DNA of 64,000 bases from contig NZ_JBBATI010000018.1 in the NCBI RefSeq assembly GCF_040398825.1, positions 323-64,322 of the forward strand. The letters run 5' to 3'. The stretch comes from Novosphingobium sp. Lineage in GTDB: Bacteria > Pseudomonadota > Alphaproteobacteria > Sphingomonadales > Sphingomonadaceae. A program made the translations under genes and the position numbers. Of the stretch, positions 52,363-61,629 are shown one piece after another; the first letter of the stretch is position 1; every line of letters begins with the position of its first letter. The notes under the pieces are model-generated. The model worked only from the letters and a program-made list of their open reading frames with translations. It did no database searches and had not been told where the DNA came from.

Positions 52363-52503
52363 GAGTCTGTTGCGAATGTCGCAGCCAAGCGGCTTTGTAC
52401 CACCCAGCGCCCCGCACCCCCGTCCCATCCGCCCGGTTAAGGTACCCTGTGGGCGGATGGGACGGGGGTGCGGGGCGGTGGGTGGTACTTTCGCAACAGA
52501 CTC
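52363..52503. repeat. 141-bp compound palindrome (38-bp inner arms plus 14-bp outer arms)
   Basis: Inner arms 52397-52434 and 52451-52488 pair at 37 of 38 positions around a 16-nt loop. Outer arms gagtctgttgcgaa (52363-52376) and ttcgcaacagactc (52490-52503) pair perfectly. Confidence 0.9.
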
Positions 52504-52555
52504 TGTGGTCACGGGCTTGACCGTACCAGCGCGGGGCGTCAATTGTCCTTGTGTG

Positions 52556-52810
52556 ATGACCAGCCAACCCGATATCGCCGCGCTATCGTTCGAAGACGCG
52601 CTCAAAGCCCTCGAAGACGTCGTGCGGCGGCTGGAAAGCGGGGAGGCGCCGCTGGACGAATCGATCGCGCTTTATACCCGGGGCGATGCCCTGCGCGCGC
52701 ATTGCCAGACCCGGCTGGACGCGGCGCAGGCGCGGATTGAGGCAGTGGTTGCCGACCGCGATGGCCGGGCGACGGGCACGCGGCCGTTTGATACAGTTTC
52801 GGAAGGGTAA
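52556..52810 (+). CDS. xseB: exodeoxyribonuclease VII small subunit
   Basis: ATG 52556, 84 aa. LSFEDALKALEDVVRRLESGEAPLDESIALYTRGDALRAHC is typical XseB. Followed by ispA, as in the classical xseB-ispA arrangement. Confidence 0.88.
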   Translation: MTSQPDIAALSFEDALKALEDVVRRLESGEAPLDESIALYTRGDALRAHCQTRLDAAQARIEAVVADRDGRATGTRPFDTVSEG

Positions 52811-52815
52811 TCGCG

Positions 52816-53736
52816 ATGGCCATCAATGACGTGCCGCTCGATTATCCCGATACCCTGCTGGGCGACGCGTTGACACGCATCGCCAAAGAGGTCGATGCCT
52901 GTTTCGATACCGTGCTGCCGGTGCCGGGGGATGCGCGCGACCGCCTGTTCCTGGCGATGCGCTATGCCACCATCGGTGGGGGCAAGCGGCTGCGCCCGTT
53001 GCTGGTGACGGCAGTGGCAACGATGTTTGGTGTCGATCGCAGCGTGGCGGTACGCGTCGGCACTGCGATCGAGGCGATCCACGTCTATTCGCTGATCCAT
53101 GATGATCTGCCGTGCATGGACAACGACGATCTGCGTCATGGCAAACCCACGCTGCATATCGCCTTTGACGAAGCGACCGCGGTGCTGGCGGGCGATTCCC
53201 TGCACGCGCTGGCGTTTGAAATCCTGTCCGACCCGGCGCTGATCGGCGATCCGTTCACGCGTATCGAACTGGTGCGCACGCTGGCGCTGGCCAGCGGTGC
53301 GCTGGGCATGGCCGGCGGGCAGATGATGGACATGGTGGCCGAAACCACCGCGTTTGACCTGGCCACGGTATCGCGCCTGCAACAGCTGAAAACCGGCGCA
53401 TTGCTGGGCGCGGCGGTGGAAATGGGCGCGATCCTGGGCAAATTGCCGGCAGAGGGGCGCGCACTGCTGCGTGGCTATGCCCGCGATATCGGGCTGGCGT
53501 TCCAGATTGTCGACGATCTGCTGGATGCCGAAGGTGATGAGGCCGCGGCGGGCAAGGCGCTGCGCAAGGATGCCGAGGCGGGCAAGCAGACGTTTGTGTC
53601 GCTGTTGGGCGCCGAACGTGCGCGCAAACAGGCGCACATGCTGGTCGATCAGGCGGTCCAGTATCTGGGTTCGCACGGTGAAGAGGCGGAATTGCTGCGC
53701 GCGATCGCCCGTTTCATTGTTGATCGCGACCGGTAG
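52816..53736 (+). CDS. ispA: polyprenyl (farnesyl/geranylgeranyl) diphosphate synthase
   Basis: First and second Asp-rich motifs LIHDDLPCMDNDDLRHGKPT and FQIVDDLLD. Confidence 0.9.
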   Translation: MAINDVPLDYPDTLLGDALTRIAKEVDACFDTVLPVPGDARDRLFLAMRYATIGGGKRLRPLLVTAVATMFGVDRSVAVRVGTAIEAIHVYSLIHDDLPCMDNDDLRHGKPTLHIAFDEATAVLAGDSLHALAFEILSDPALIGDPFTRIELVRTLALASGALGMAGGQMMDMVAETTAFDLATVSRLQQLKTGALLGAAVEMGAILGKLPAEGRALLRGYARDIGLAFQIVDDLLDAEGDEAAAGKALRKDAEAGKQTFVSLLGAERARKQAHMLVDQAVQYLGSHGEEAELLRAIARFIVDRDR

Positions 53737-53792
53737 GGCGACCGGACATCTGCGCCGCATACCAAAAAAGTGGCGATGGGGGGAACAGGGAT

Positions 53793-54326
53793 ATGGGCGA
53801 TCACGTCGGCGATTTTCGGGAACGGATCGGGGTCTATCCGGGCACGTTTGACCCGGTTACGCGCGGTCACCGCGATATCATCCGGCGCGGGGCAAAGCTG
53901 GTGGACCGGTTGATCATCGGGGTGACCACCAACATGTCTAAAAACCCGATGTTCACCCCCGAAGAACGCATCGCGATGGTGCGGCGCGATGTCGTCGAAC
54001 AGGGCCTGACCAATGTCGAAGTGACCGGGTTCAACGCGCTGCTGATGAAATTTGCCGAACATCAGGGCGCCAGCGTGATCGTGCGCGGCCTGCGCGCGGT
54101 GGCCGATTTCGAATACGAATACCAGATGGCAGGGATGAACCAGCAGCTGAACAACCGCATCGAAACGGTGTTCCTGATGGCCGATGTCAGCCTGCAACCG
54201 ATCGCATCGAAACTGGTGAAGGAAATCGCGATGTTCGGCGGCGACATCACCCAGTTCGTTTCGGAATCGGTGCGGGATGAGGTGGTGGCGCGGGTCCGGT
54301 CGCAGGGGCAGCTGGGGGATTATTGA
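53793..54326 (+). CDS. coaD: phosphopantetheine adenylyltransferase
   Basis: GVYPGTFDPVTRGHRDII and RGLRAVADFEYE. Start may lie a few codons downstream of ATG 53793. Confidence 0.92.
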   Translation: MGDHVGDFRERIGVYPGTFDPVTRGHRDIIRRGAKLVDRLIIGVTTNMSKNPMFTPEERIAMVRRDVVEQGLTNVEVTGFNALLMKFAEHQGASVIVRGLRAVADFEYEYQMAGMNQQLNNRIETVFLMADVSLQPIASKLVKEIAMFGGDITQFVSESVRDEVVARVRSQGQLGDY

Positions 54327-54344
54327 ACAATCTTTTGTTTTTTT

Positions 54345-54473
54345 AGTCGGCACCGGCCCGCTCCCCCACCCGACCGCCCATAGGTTACTATCGTTGGGCG
54401 GTCGGCTCCTCAGCGAAAACGTCCCCCGGACGTTTTCGTGATTTTCGTCGCGGGGAGCGGGCCGGTGCCGACT
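54345..54473. repeat. 129-bp three-way-junction palindromic structure (22-bp closing stem enclosing two perfect 11-bp hairpins)
   Basis: Closing stem agtcggcaccggcccgctcccc (54345-54366) pairs perfectly with ggggagcgggccggtgccgact (54452-54473). Inner hairpins are ccgaccgccca-N14-tgggcggtcgg (54370-54405) and cgaaaacgtcc-ccc-ggacgttttcg (54414-54438). Confidence 0.9.
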
Positions 54474-54501
54474 CCAAAATTCGCTTTTTCGCGAATTTTG
54501 G
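54474..54501. repeat. perfect 11-bp hairpin ccaaaattcgc-tttttc-gcgaattttgg, directly abutting the previous structure
   Basis: Read directly from the sequence. Confidence 0.85.
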
Positions 54502-54574
54502 CAAAGAAATGTTCATTGCAGGCTAAGGCTGGCTCGCCTATCCGCAGGGCTTGTTTTCGATGGGATGGTTGTTG

Positions 54575-55297
54575 ATGCGATTTCGCGTGCTTGCCTCTTT
54601 CGCGCTTGGCGCCGCGTTGCTTGCCCCAATGTCTGCGACGCCGGCAATGGCGCAGGCAAAGGAATCGACCAAGGCCGATATCAAACCGTTCAAGGTTGAT
54701 CGCGTGGTATCGTCCGCCGCGATCAATTATCTGATCGACGCCGATGAAACCCACGATCCCGAAAACGTGCTGATCCTTTATCTCTCCAACGGCGGCCGCG
54801 TGGCGATCCGGCTGGTGCCACAGTGGGCGCCGCACCATATCGAACGTATCAAGACGCTGACTCGGCAGGGTTTTTACGATGGCGTAATTTTTCACCGGGT
54901 GATCGATGGCTTCATGGCGCAGACCGGTGACCCGACCGGGACCGGGCAGGGCGGGTCAAAACTGCCCGATCTTGATGCGGAATTCAACGATGTGCCGCAC
55001 GGCCGCGGTACGGTGTCGATGGCGCGCACCGATGAACCCAATTCGGCCAACAGCCAGTTCTTCATCGTGTTCTATCCCAAATCGGCGCTCGATCGCAAAT
55101 ACACCAATTTCGGCCGCGTGATGACCGGCATGGGCGAAGTGGACCGCATCGTGCGCGGCGAACCGCCCGCGCACCCCACCCGCATCATCCAGGCCTCGAT
55201 CGCCGCCGATCACAAACCCGCACTGGTGATCGCGCCCGAATCCGCCGCCCCGCGCACGATCACCGCCGACATGCTCAACCATTCGGTCGCGCAATAA
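54575..55297 (+). CDS. peptidylprolyl isomerase, cyclophilin type, exported
   Basis: ATG 54575 gives the signal peptide MRFRVLASFALGAALLAPMSATPAMA. Cyclophilin block FHRVIDGFMAQTGDPTGTGQGGS. Confidence 0.9.
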   Translation: MRFRVLASFALGAALLAPMSATPAMAQAKESTKADIKPFKVDRVVSSAAINYLIDADETHDPENVLILYLSNGGRVAIRLVPQWAPHHIERIKTLTRQGFYDGVIFHRVIDGFMAQTGDPTGTGQGGSKLPDLDAEFNDVPHGRGTVSMARTDEPNSANSQFFIVFYPKSALDRKYTNFGRVMTGMGEVDRIVRGEPPAHPTRIIQASIAADHKPALVIAPESAAPRTITADMLNHSVAQ

Positions 55298-55323
55298 CCG
55301 GCGCAAGCCGACGGCACTGACCC

Positions 55324-56358
55324 ATGCGCGTTGACCTGTTCGATTTCGTTCTGCCGCCCGAACGGATCGCGCTGCGCCCGGCGCGGCCGCGCGATGCCGC
55401 GCGAATGCTGCATGTGCCGGGGTCCGGCGCGTTTGGCGACCACACCGTGCGCGACCTGCCGCACCTGCTGCGCGCCGGCGATGTGCTGGTGTTCAACGAT
55501 ACCCGCGTGATTCCGGCGCAACTCGAAGGGCACCGGGGCGACGCCAAAATCGGCGTTACCCTGCACAAACGCGTCGATCTGCGCCGCTGGCAGGCGTTCG
55601 TGCGCAATGCCAAGCGCCTGCGCACCGGCGAAACGATCGAATTCGCCGCCGGCGTCAGCGCGATGGCCGAAACCCGCCATGCCGACGGCAGTTTTACCCT
55701 GGCGTTCGCCGGCGACGAACCGGTGGAGGTGCTGCTGGAACGCGCCGGGCGCATGCCACTGCCGCCCTATATCGCCGGCAAACGCCCGACCGATGAGGCG
55801 GATCGCGCCGATTACCAGACGATGTTTGCCGCGCGCGACGGCGCGGTGGCGGCGCCCACCGCCGCGTTGCACTTCACGCCGGAACTGATGACCACGCTGG
55901 CCGATTCGGGCATCGCACACGAAACGCTCACCCTGCATGTCGGCGCTGGTACGTTCCTGCCGGTCAAGGCCGATGACACCGCCGACCACGCCATGCACGC
56001 CGAATGGGGCCGGATCGAAGCCGATGTGGCGGAGCGGTTGAACGCTGCACGCGCGCGCGGCGGGCGCGTGATCGCGGTCGGCACCACCAGCCTGCGCCTG
56101 CTGGAAAGCGCCACCGGCGATGATCGCGTAATCCGCGCATTTGCCGGCGACACGTCGATCTTCATCACGCCCGGGTACACATTTTGCGCCATCGACGGCC
56201 TGATGACCAATTTCCACCTGCCGAAGTCAACGCTGTTCATGCTGGTGTCGGCACTGATGGGGCTTGAGCGGATGCAGGCGGTTTACGCCCATGCTATCGC
56301 CGATGAATACCGGTTCTACAGCTATGGCGATGCCAGCCTGCTGATCCCTGCGCCTTAG
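55324..56358 (+). CDS. queA: S-adenosylmethionine:tRNA ribosyltransferase-isomerase
   Basis: 344 aa. [35 protein letters not shown] and [17 protein letters not shown]. Confidence 0.95.
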   Translation: MRVDLFDFVLPPERIALRPARPRDAARMLHVPGSGAFGDHTVRDLPHLLRAGDVLVFNDTRVIPAQLEGHRGDAKIGVTLHKRVDLRRWQAFVRNAKRLRTGETIEFAAGVSAMAETRHADGSFTLAFAGDEPVEVLLERAGRMPLPPYIAGKRPTDEADRADYQTMFAARDGAVAAPTAALHFTPELMTTLADSGIAHETLTLHVGAGTFLPVKADDTADHAMHAEWGRIEADVAERLNAARARGGRVIAVGTTSLRLLESATGDDRVIRAFAGDTSIFITPGYTFCAIDGLMTNFHLPKSTLFMLVSALMGLERMQAVYAHAIADEYRFYSYGDASLLIPAP

Positions 56359-57038
56359 AATTCCACGTCCAGCTCCTCGAAATCCTCAACCTCGGCCTCC
56401 GCGCCGGCCTGCCACACGCGCATCGGTTCCCAGGCGGCGATGGTGTCGCAATAGGCGTCGCTGGGCGCGCTCAGCTTTACCGCATAAGTGCGGAACCGGG
56501 TGGTGACGGGGGCATACATGGCATCGGCGATGGTCGGTTTTGCCCCGAACAGGTATGGCCCGCCATAGGTGGCCAGGCATTCCTGCCAGATCGCCTCGAT
56601 CCGTTCGATATCGGGCCGCGCGCCTGAAAAAACGGGAAACTTGTCGTGCCGCATTTTCAGGTTCATCGGCAGCGCGGACCGCAGATTGGTGAACCCGGAA
56701 TGGATTTCGCCGGCGATCGACCGGCAATGCGCCCGCGCCAGGCGATCATCGGGCAGCATGTGCGCTGCAGGGTACAGCTCGTTCAGGTATTCGGCGATGG
56801 CCAGCGTATCCCACACGCTGGCGCCTTCGTGGGTCAGCCGCGGTACCAGCACCGACGGGCTGAGCAGCAGCAGTTCTGCGCTGTCGCTGGCGCTGCGTTC
56901 GACGCGGCGTTCCTCCACATCCAGCCCGGCCAGCTGGCACAGCAACCACCCGCGCAGTGACCAGGCGGAATAGGTCTTGCTGGAAATGGTCAGGATCGCG
57001 CGTGATCTGACGATCGTGACTGCCCGTTTGCCTGCCAT
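56355..57038 (-). CDS. glutathione S-transferase family protein
   Basis: [18 protein letters not shown]-terminus and a GST C-terminal domain ([15 protein letters not shown]). The true start may be downstream of ATG 57038. Confidence 0.8.
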   Translation of the reverse strand: MAGKRAVTIVRSRAILTISSKTYSAWSLRGWLLCQLAGLDVEERRVERSASDSAELLLLSPSVLVPRLTHEGASVWDTLAIAEYLNELYPAAHMLPDDRLARAHCRSIAGEIHSGFTNLRSALPMNLKMRHDKFPVFSGARPDIERIEAIWQECLATYGGPYLFGAKPTIADAMYAPVTTRFRTYAVKLSAPSDAYCDTIAAWEPMRVWQAGAEAEVEDFEELDVEF

Positions 57039-57186
57039 CGTGGGTTTCCTGTGCTGGACTGTGCCCGCAGGTAATCATGTCATGATACGCTTGCCAAGCG
57101 CATTGATGCAGCGCAGCATAAAGGGAACAAGCCATGGTGGCGGTGTGATTCATCGCAGGCCTATGCCGTTTGCAAAAGGAACCCGC

Positions 57187-58404
57187 GTGTACGCAGCGTT
57201 TCAGGCGTTTACCGATCTGATGGAGCCATCGCGGCGCATGGCCCGCGGACTGCTGGCGATGCGCGACCGCCTGTGGCCCGATGCCGATCGTAACGATTGG
57301 GTGCGGCGGTTTCATGCCCTGGCCGACAGCTATGCGCTGGCCAGCGTGATCAGCACGCGCCCGCCGTTCGCCATCAAGGCGGTGCCGGTGGGCAACCAGA
57401 TGGTGCCGGTGCGCGAATCAGTCGCCCTGTCGCTGCCATTTGGCGATCTGCTGCATTTCGCCAAGGATGGCATCGACACGCCACAGCCGGCAATGCTGGT
57501 GGTGGCGCCGCTGTCGGGCCATTATGCCACGTTGCTGCGCCATACGATCGAGGTACTGCTGCGCGATCACGACGTCTATGTAACCGACTGGCGCCATGCG
57601 CGTGAAGTGCCGCTGTCCGACGGGGCGTTCGGGCTGGAGGATTATACCGACTATATCATTGCGTTTCTGCGGCATCTTGGCCCGCAAAGCCATCTGTTCG
57701 CGGTGTGCCAGCCGTGCGTTCCCGCGCTGGCGGCAGTGGCGGTAATGGCGGGTGAACGCGACCCGTGCCAGCCGCGCACGATGACGCTCATGGGCGGGCC
57801 GATCGACGTGCGAGAGGCGCCGACCGTGGTCAACGAACTGGCCGCATCGCATTCGCTGGCCTGGTTTGAAGCCAACCTGATTTCACGCGTGCCGGCGCGC
57901 TATCCCGGCGCTGGCCGGCGGGTCTATCCCGGGTTCATGCAATTGAACGCGTTCATGTCGATGAACCTGCCGCGCCATCTGGAACAGTTCCGCCGGTTCT
58001 ATCAGGCGTTGGCCGATGAACGCCATGGCGATGCGGACAAGATCCGCGATTTCTATATCGAATATTTCTCGGTGCTTGATCTTACGGCAGAATTCTATCT
58101 GGAAACCATCGACCAGGTGTTTCAGCGCGCGTCGCTGGCGCGCGGCGAACTGGTCCATCGTGGCAAGCCTGTCGATTGCAGCACGATCCGCCGCACCGCG
58201 CTGCTGACGGTTGAGGGCGAACGCGACGACATCTGCGGGGTGGGCCAGACCGCGGCGGCGCATTTGCTGTGCACCAGCCTGCGCCCCCATCTGAAACGCC
58301 ACCACCTGCAACCGGGCGTCGGCCATTATGGCGTGTTTTCCGGATCGAAATGGGAAACCCAGATCTATCCGCAAGTGCGCAACCTGGTCCTGGCGATGAG
58401 CTAG
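57187..58404 (+). CDS. phaZ: intracellular polyhydroxyalkanoate depolymerase
   Basis: GTG 57187 with AAGGA 6 nt upstream gives MYAAFQAFTDLMEP (alternative ATG 57163). Family-typical LAVVAPLSGHYATLLR-like block (MLVVAPLSGHYATLLRHT) and CQPCVPAL. Confidence 0.85.
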   Translation: MYAAFQAFTDLMEPSRRMARGLLAMRDRLWPDADRNDWVRRFHALADSYALASVISTRPPFAIKAVPVGNQMVPVRESVALSLPFGDLLHFAKDGIDTPQPAMLVVAPLSGHYATLLRHTIEVLLRDHDVYVTDWRHAREVPLSDGAFGLEDYTDYIIAFLRHLGPQSHLFAVCQPCVPALAAVAVMAGERDPCQPRTMTLMGGPIDVREAPTVVNELAASHSLAWFEANLISRVPARYPGAGRRVYPGFMQLNAFMSMNLPRHLEQFRRFYQALADERHGDADKIRDFYIEYFSVLDLTAEFYLETIDQVFQRASLARGELVHRGKPVDCSTIRRTALLTVEGERDDICGVGQTAAAHLLCTSLRPHLKRHHLQPGVGHYGVFSGSKWETQIYPQVRNLVLAMS

Positions 58405-58431
58405 AGTGTTGCCGTGTGATTGAGCCGACTT

Positions 58432-58543
58432 AAGCCCCGCCCCTCAGGGGAGGGGTTGGGGAGGGGTGTCCAGCGCCCGCATTGTCGCGCGCCATCGCCG
58501 CGTCGGACACCCCTACCCAACCCTTCCCCTGAGGGGAAGGGCT
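58432..58543. repeat. ~115-bp nested-palindrome element, copy D
   Basis: aagccccgcccctcaggggaggggttggggaggggtgtcc ... gacacccctacccaacccttcccctgaggggaagggct. Lies between the convergent phaZ and TauE-family stops. Confidence 0.9.
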
Positions 58544-58578
58544 CAACATGCGCGCGTTTCGCGACGCGTCAAACCACC

Positions 58579-59364
58579 CTATGCCGCAAACCAGCCCCAG
58601 ATCAGCTTGGCCGTCAATGCCAGGCTGACCGTTACTAGCAGCGGCCGGATCACCGCCGCGCCGTGGCGGGTGGCCAGCCGGCTGCCGATCAGCGCGCCGG
58701 TCATCGCGCCCACGCCCATGGTCAGCCCCAGCAGCCACAGCACATGGCCGCCCGCCGCAAACACCAGCAGGCTGCCCAGATTGCTGGCGACGTTCAGCAG
58801 CTTGGTCAGGCCCATGGCGCGGGTCAGGCCCATCCCGCGCAGCGATACCAGGCTGGCGGCATAGAACTGCCCCGCGCCCGGCCCGAAAAAGCCGTCGTAA
58901 AACCCGATCGCGCCCGCCACCGGGGCATAGCCGCGCGCGCTCAACCGCGGCGGCGCGTCGCGGTCATCCATTCGCCGCGACCGCACGGTATAAATCGCCA
59001 CGCCGATCAGCAGCAGCGGCACGATCAGCCCCAGCACATGCGCATCGATCCGTGCGATCAGCGCCGCGCCGGCCACCGATCCACCCAGGCTGAGCATGGC
59101 CAGCGGCAGCCCGCGCCGGAACGACAGCATGCCAGCCCGATGAAACCGCGCGGTCGCCACGCTGGTGCCCAAAATCGATTGCAGCTTGTTGGTGCCCAGC
59201 ACCAGGTGCAGCGGCAGCCCGGTGGCGATCAGCGTGGGCATCATGATCAGCCCGCCACCACCGGCAATCGCATCGACCGTGCCGGTCACCACCGCCACCC
59301 CGGTCAGCACGGCAAACACCAGCGGGCTGACGGCGACGGGTTCGAGCAGGGCGATCAAGGTCAT
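58579..59364 (-). CDS. TauE/SafE-family (DUF81) anion exporter membrane protein
   Basis: 261 aa, about 8 [17 protein letters not shown] and LGTNKLQS are family-typical. Confidence 0.8.
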   Translation of the reverse strand: MTLIALLEPVAVSPLVFAVLTGVAVVTGTVDAIAGGGGLIMMPTLIATGLPLHLVLGTNKLQSILGTSVATARFHRAGMLSFRRGLPLAMLSLGGSVAGAALIARIDAHVLGLIVPLLLIGVAIYTVRSRRMDDRDAPPRLSARGYAPVAGAIGFYDGFFGPGAGQFYAASLVSLRGMGLTRAMGLTKLLNVASNLGSLLVFAAGGHVLWLLGLTMGVGAMTGALIGSRLATRHGAAVIRPLLVTVSLALTAKLIWGWFAA

Positions 59365-59428
59365 TTGCAGCCCATGGCAATCGCGCCTAAAGGCCGCAAT
59401 CCCTGATTTTTACAGACAGCATTGTTTC

Positions 59429-60553
59429 ATGACCCGTTTTGCCTTTCACATCCACGCCACCGATGGCCGCGCACGCACCGGCGTAATCCATATGCAGCGC
59501 GGGCAGATCCGCACGCCCGCGTTCATGCCGGTCGGCACCGCCGCCACGGTCAAGGCGATGAAGATGGACGATGTGCGCGCCAGCGGCGCCGACATTATCC
59601 TGGGCAACACCTATCACCTGATGTTGCGCCCCGGCGCCGAACGCATGGCGCGTTTGGGGGGCCTGCACAAATTTGGCGGATGGGACCGCCCGATTCTGAC
59701 CGACAGCGGCGGCTATCAGGTGATGAGCCTGGCGTCCTTGCGCAAGATTACCGAAGATGGCGTGACCTTTGCCAGCCATCTCGATGGATCACGGCATATG
59801 CTCAGCCCCGAACGATCGATGGAAATTCAGCGATTGCTGGGTTCCGACATCGTCATGGCGTTCGACGAATGCCCCAAGATTGACCAGCCGCGCGATGTGA
59901 TTGCGCGGTCGATGGAAATGTCGATGCGCTGGGCCCGCCGCAGCCGCGACGGGTTTGACGCCGGCGGCGACCACGCCGAACGATCGGCGCTGTTCGGCAT
60001 CCAGCAGGGCGGGCTGGATGAACGCCTGCGCGCCGAAAGCGCCGGCGCGCTGACCGCGATCGGCTTTGACGGCTATGCCATCGGTGGCCTGGCCGTGGGC
60101 GAAGGGCAGGAAGCGATGTTCGCCACGCTCGATTTCGCCCCCGGCCAATTGCCCGCAACCGCCCCGCGCTATCTGATGGGCGTGGGCAAGCCCGACGATC
60201 TGGTCGGCGCGGTCGAACGCGGCGTCGATATGTTCGATTGCGTGCTGCCCACCCGATCCGGCCGCAACGGCCAGGGCTTCACCTGGGCCGGCCCGGTCAA
60301 CTTGCGCAACGCCCGCCATGCCGATGACAGCGATCCACTCGACCCCCGCTGCCCGTGCCCGGTCTGCACCCGCTACAGCCGCGCCTATCTCCACCACCTG
60401 CACCGCGCCGGCGAAATGCTGGGCGCGATGCTGCTGACCGAACACAACCTGTGGTTTTACCAGCAATTGATGGCGGGGATGCGCGCGGCGATTGCGGAGG
60501 GGCGGTTCGCCGGGTTTGCGGCGCAGTTTCGGCGGGATTATCTGCGGTCATAA
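59429..60553 (+). CDS. tgt: queuine tRNA-ribosyltransferase
   Basis: ATG 59429. [21 protein letters not shown] and zinc motif [17 protein letters not shown]. Confidence 0.96.
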   Translation: MTRFAFHIHATDGRARTGVIHMQRGQIRTPAFMPVGTAATVKAMKMDDVRASGADIILGNTYHLMLRPGAERMARLGGLHKFGGWDRPILTDSGGYQVMSLASLRKITEDGVTFASHLDGSRHMLSPERSMEIQRLLGSDIVMAFDECPKIDQPRDVIARSMEMSMRWARRSRDGFDAGGDHAERSALFGIQQGGLDERLRAESAGALTAIGFDGYAIGGLAVGEGQEAMFATLDFAPGQLPATAPRYLMGVGKPDDLVGAVERGVDMFDCVLPTRSGRNGQGFTWAGPVNLRNARHADDSDPLDPRCPCPVCTRYSRAYLHHLHRAGEMLGAMLLTEHNLWFYQQLMAGMRAAIAEGRFAGFAAQFRRDYLRS

Positions 60554-60565
60554 GCCCAAGTGGCG

Positions 60566-61534
60566 TCAGAACACCACCGACCCCGTGATCCGGTCGGTCA
60601 CATCGCCACCGATCCACAGGCCATCGGCGTCCTGGTCCACATGGATGCGGCCACTGCGGCCCAGCACGGTGCCCTGGCTGACCAGGTAGTGGTCGGGGGC
60701 CATGTGCGCGCCGATCAGCCAGCGGGCGACGGCGGCGTTGAAGCTGCCGGTGACGGGGTCTTCCGATCCGGTCAGCGTCTGATCGAACACCCGCACTTCA
60801 AAATCGGGCTGGCCGGGCGCGGGGCGGGGGGCATAGGGCGCGATCAGGCCAACGCCATCGGTCGCCATGGTCGCCCAATCAGGTTTGAGCGCCAGCAGGC
60901 GGTCGCGGCTGGTGATCATCAGCGCGATCACCTCCAGCCCGCCATCGAGCAGGCGCGCTGCGGTCACTTCGCCCTGGGCCAGGCCCAGACCCCGGCACAG
61001 GCGGTCGAGCACGGCGGGCTCGACAGGCAGCGATTTGCGCAACGGCGGCGCCTCAAACGCCAGTCGTCCAGAGGCATGGCGCAGGCGCACCAGCCCGACG
61101 CCGCATTCCTGCACGATATGCGCACCCTTTGGCTTTCCGCCGGCTGACAGCCAGACGTGGCAGCTGCCCAGCGTTGGATGGCCGGCGAATGGCAGTTCGG
61201 TGCCTTGTGAAAAGATGCGCAAGTGATAATCGGCCTCGGGCCGGGTCGGGCGCAGCAGGAACGTTGTTTCGCTCAGGTTGGTCCATTTGGAAAACAGCGC
61301 CATTTCCGCATCGCTCAAACCATCGGCGGCGATGACCACGGCCAGCGGATTGCCCCGGTAGGCCTGCGGCGAAAACACATCGACCTGGGCAAAGGCAAAG
61401 CGTTTGTGCCCGCCGCGGATCGCCCGGCGCACCGTGGCGCCCGTCACCACGGCCGGCATCAGCGCCGCCAGCCCGAACCCCGCGATCAGGCTGCGGCGGG
61501 CCAATCCCGTGGGTGATCGCGTGAATTGGTCCAT
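60566..61534 (-). CDS. PhzF-family isomerase-like protein with twin-arginine-type signal peptide
   Basis: ATG 61534. N-terminus MDQFTRSPTGLARRSLIAGFGLAALMPAVVTGA. PhzF blocks FAQVDVFSPQAYRGNPLAVV, SETTFL, FAGHPTLGS, EDPVTGS. Confidence 0.8.
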   Translation of the reverse strand: MDQFTRSPTGLARRSLIAGFGLAALMPAVVTGATVRRAIRGGHKRFAFAQVDVFSPQAYRGNPLAVVIAADGLSDAEMALFSKWTNLSETTFLLRPTRPEADYHLRIFSQGTELPFAGHPTLGSCHVWLSAGGKPKGAHIVQECGVGLVRLRHASGRLAFEAPPLRKSLPVEPAVLDRLCRGLGLAQGEVTAARLLDGGLEVIALMITSRDRLLALKPDWATMATDGVGLIAPYAPRPAPGQPDFEVRVFDQTLTGSEDPVTGSFNAAVARWLIGAHMAPDHYLVSQGTVLGRSGRIHVDQDADGLWIGGDVTDRITGSVVF

Positions 61535-61629
61535 GGCAATATGCGTCCTTGTCGCGTCAGTGCGGCGGGGGGTATCGACCTTTCGGGCCGCCCGCAACGC
61601 GCCGTTTCATCGCATCGCCGGGCCGTGCC

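Noticed and set aside
52672-56217. Long - strand ORFs opposite ispA (52672-53760) and queA (55210-56217)
   Set aside because: Both are antisense to genes with diagnostic motifs. Their composition is low-complexity and basic.
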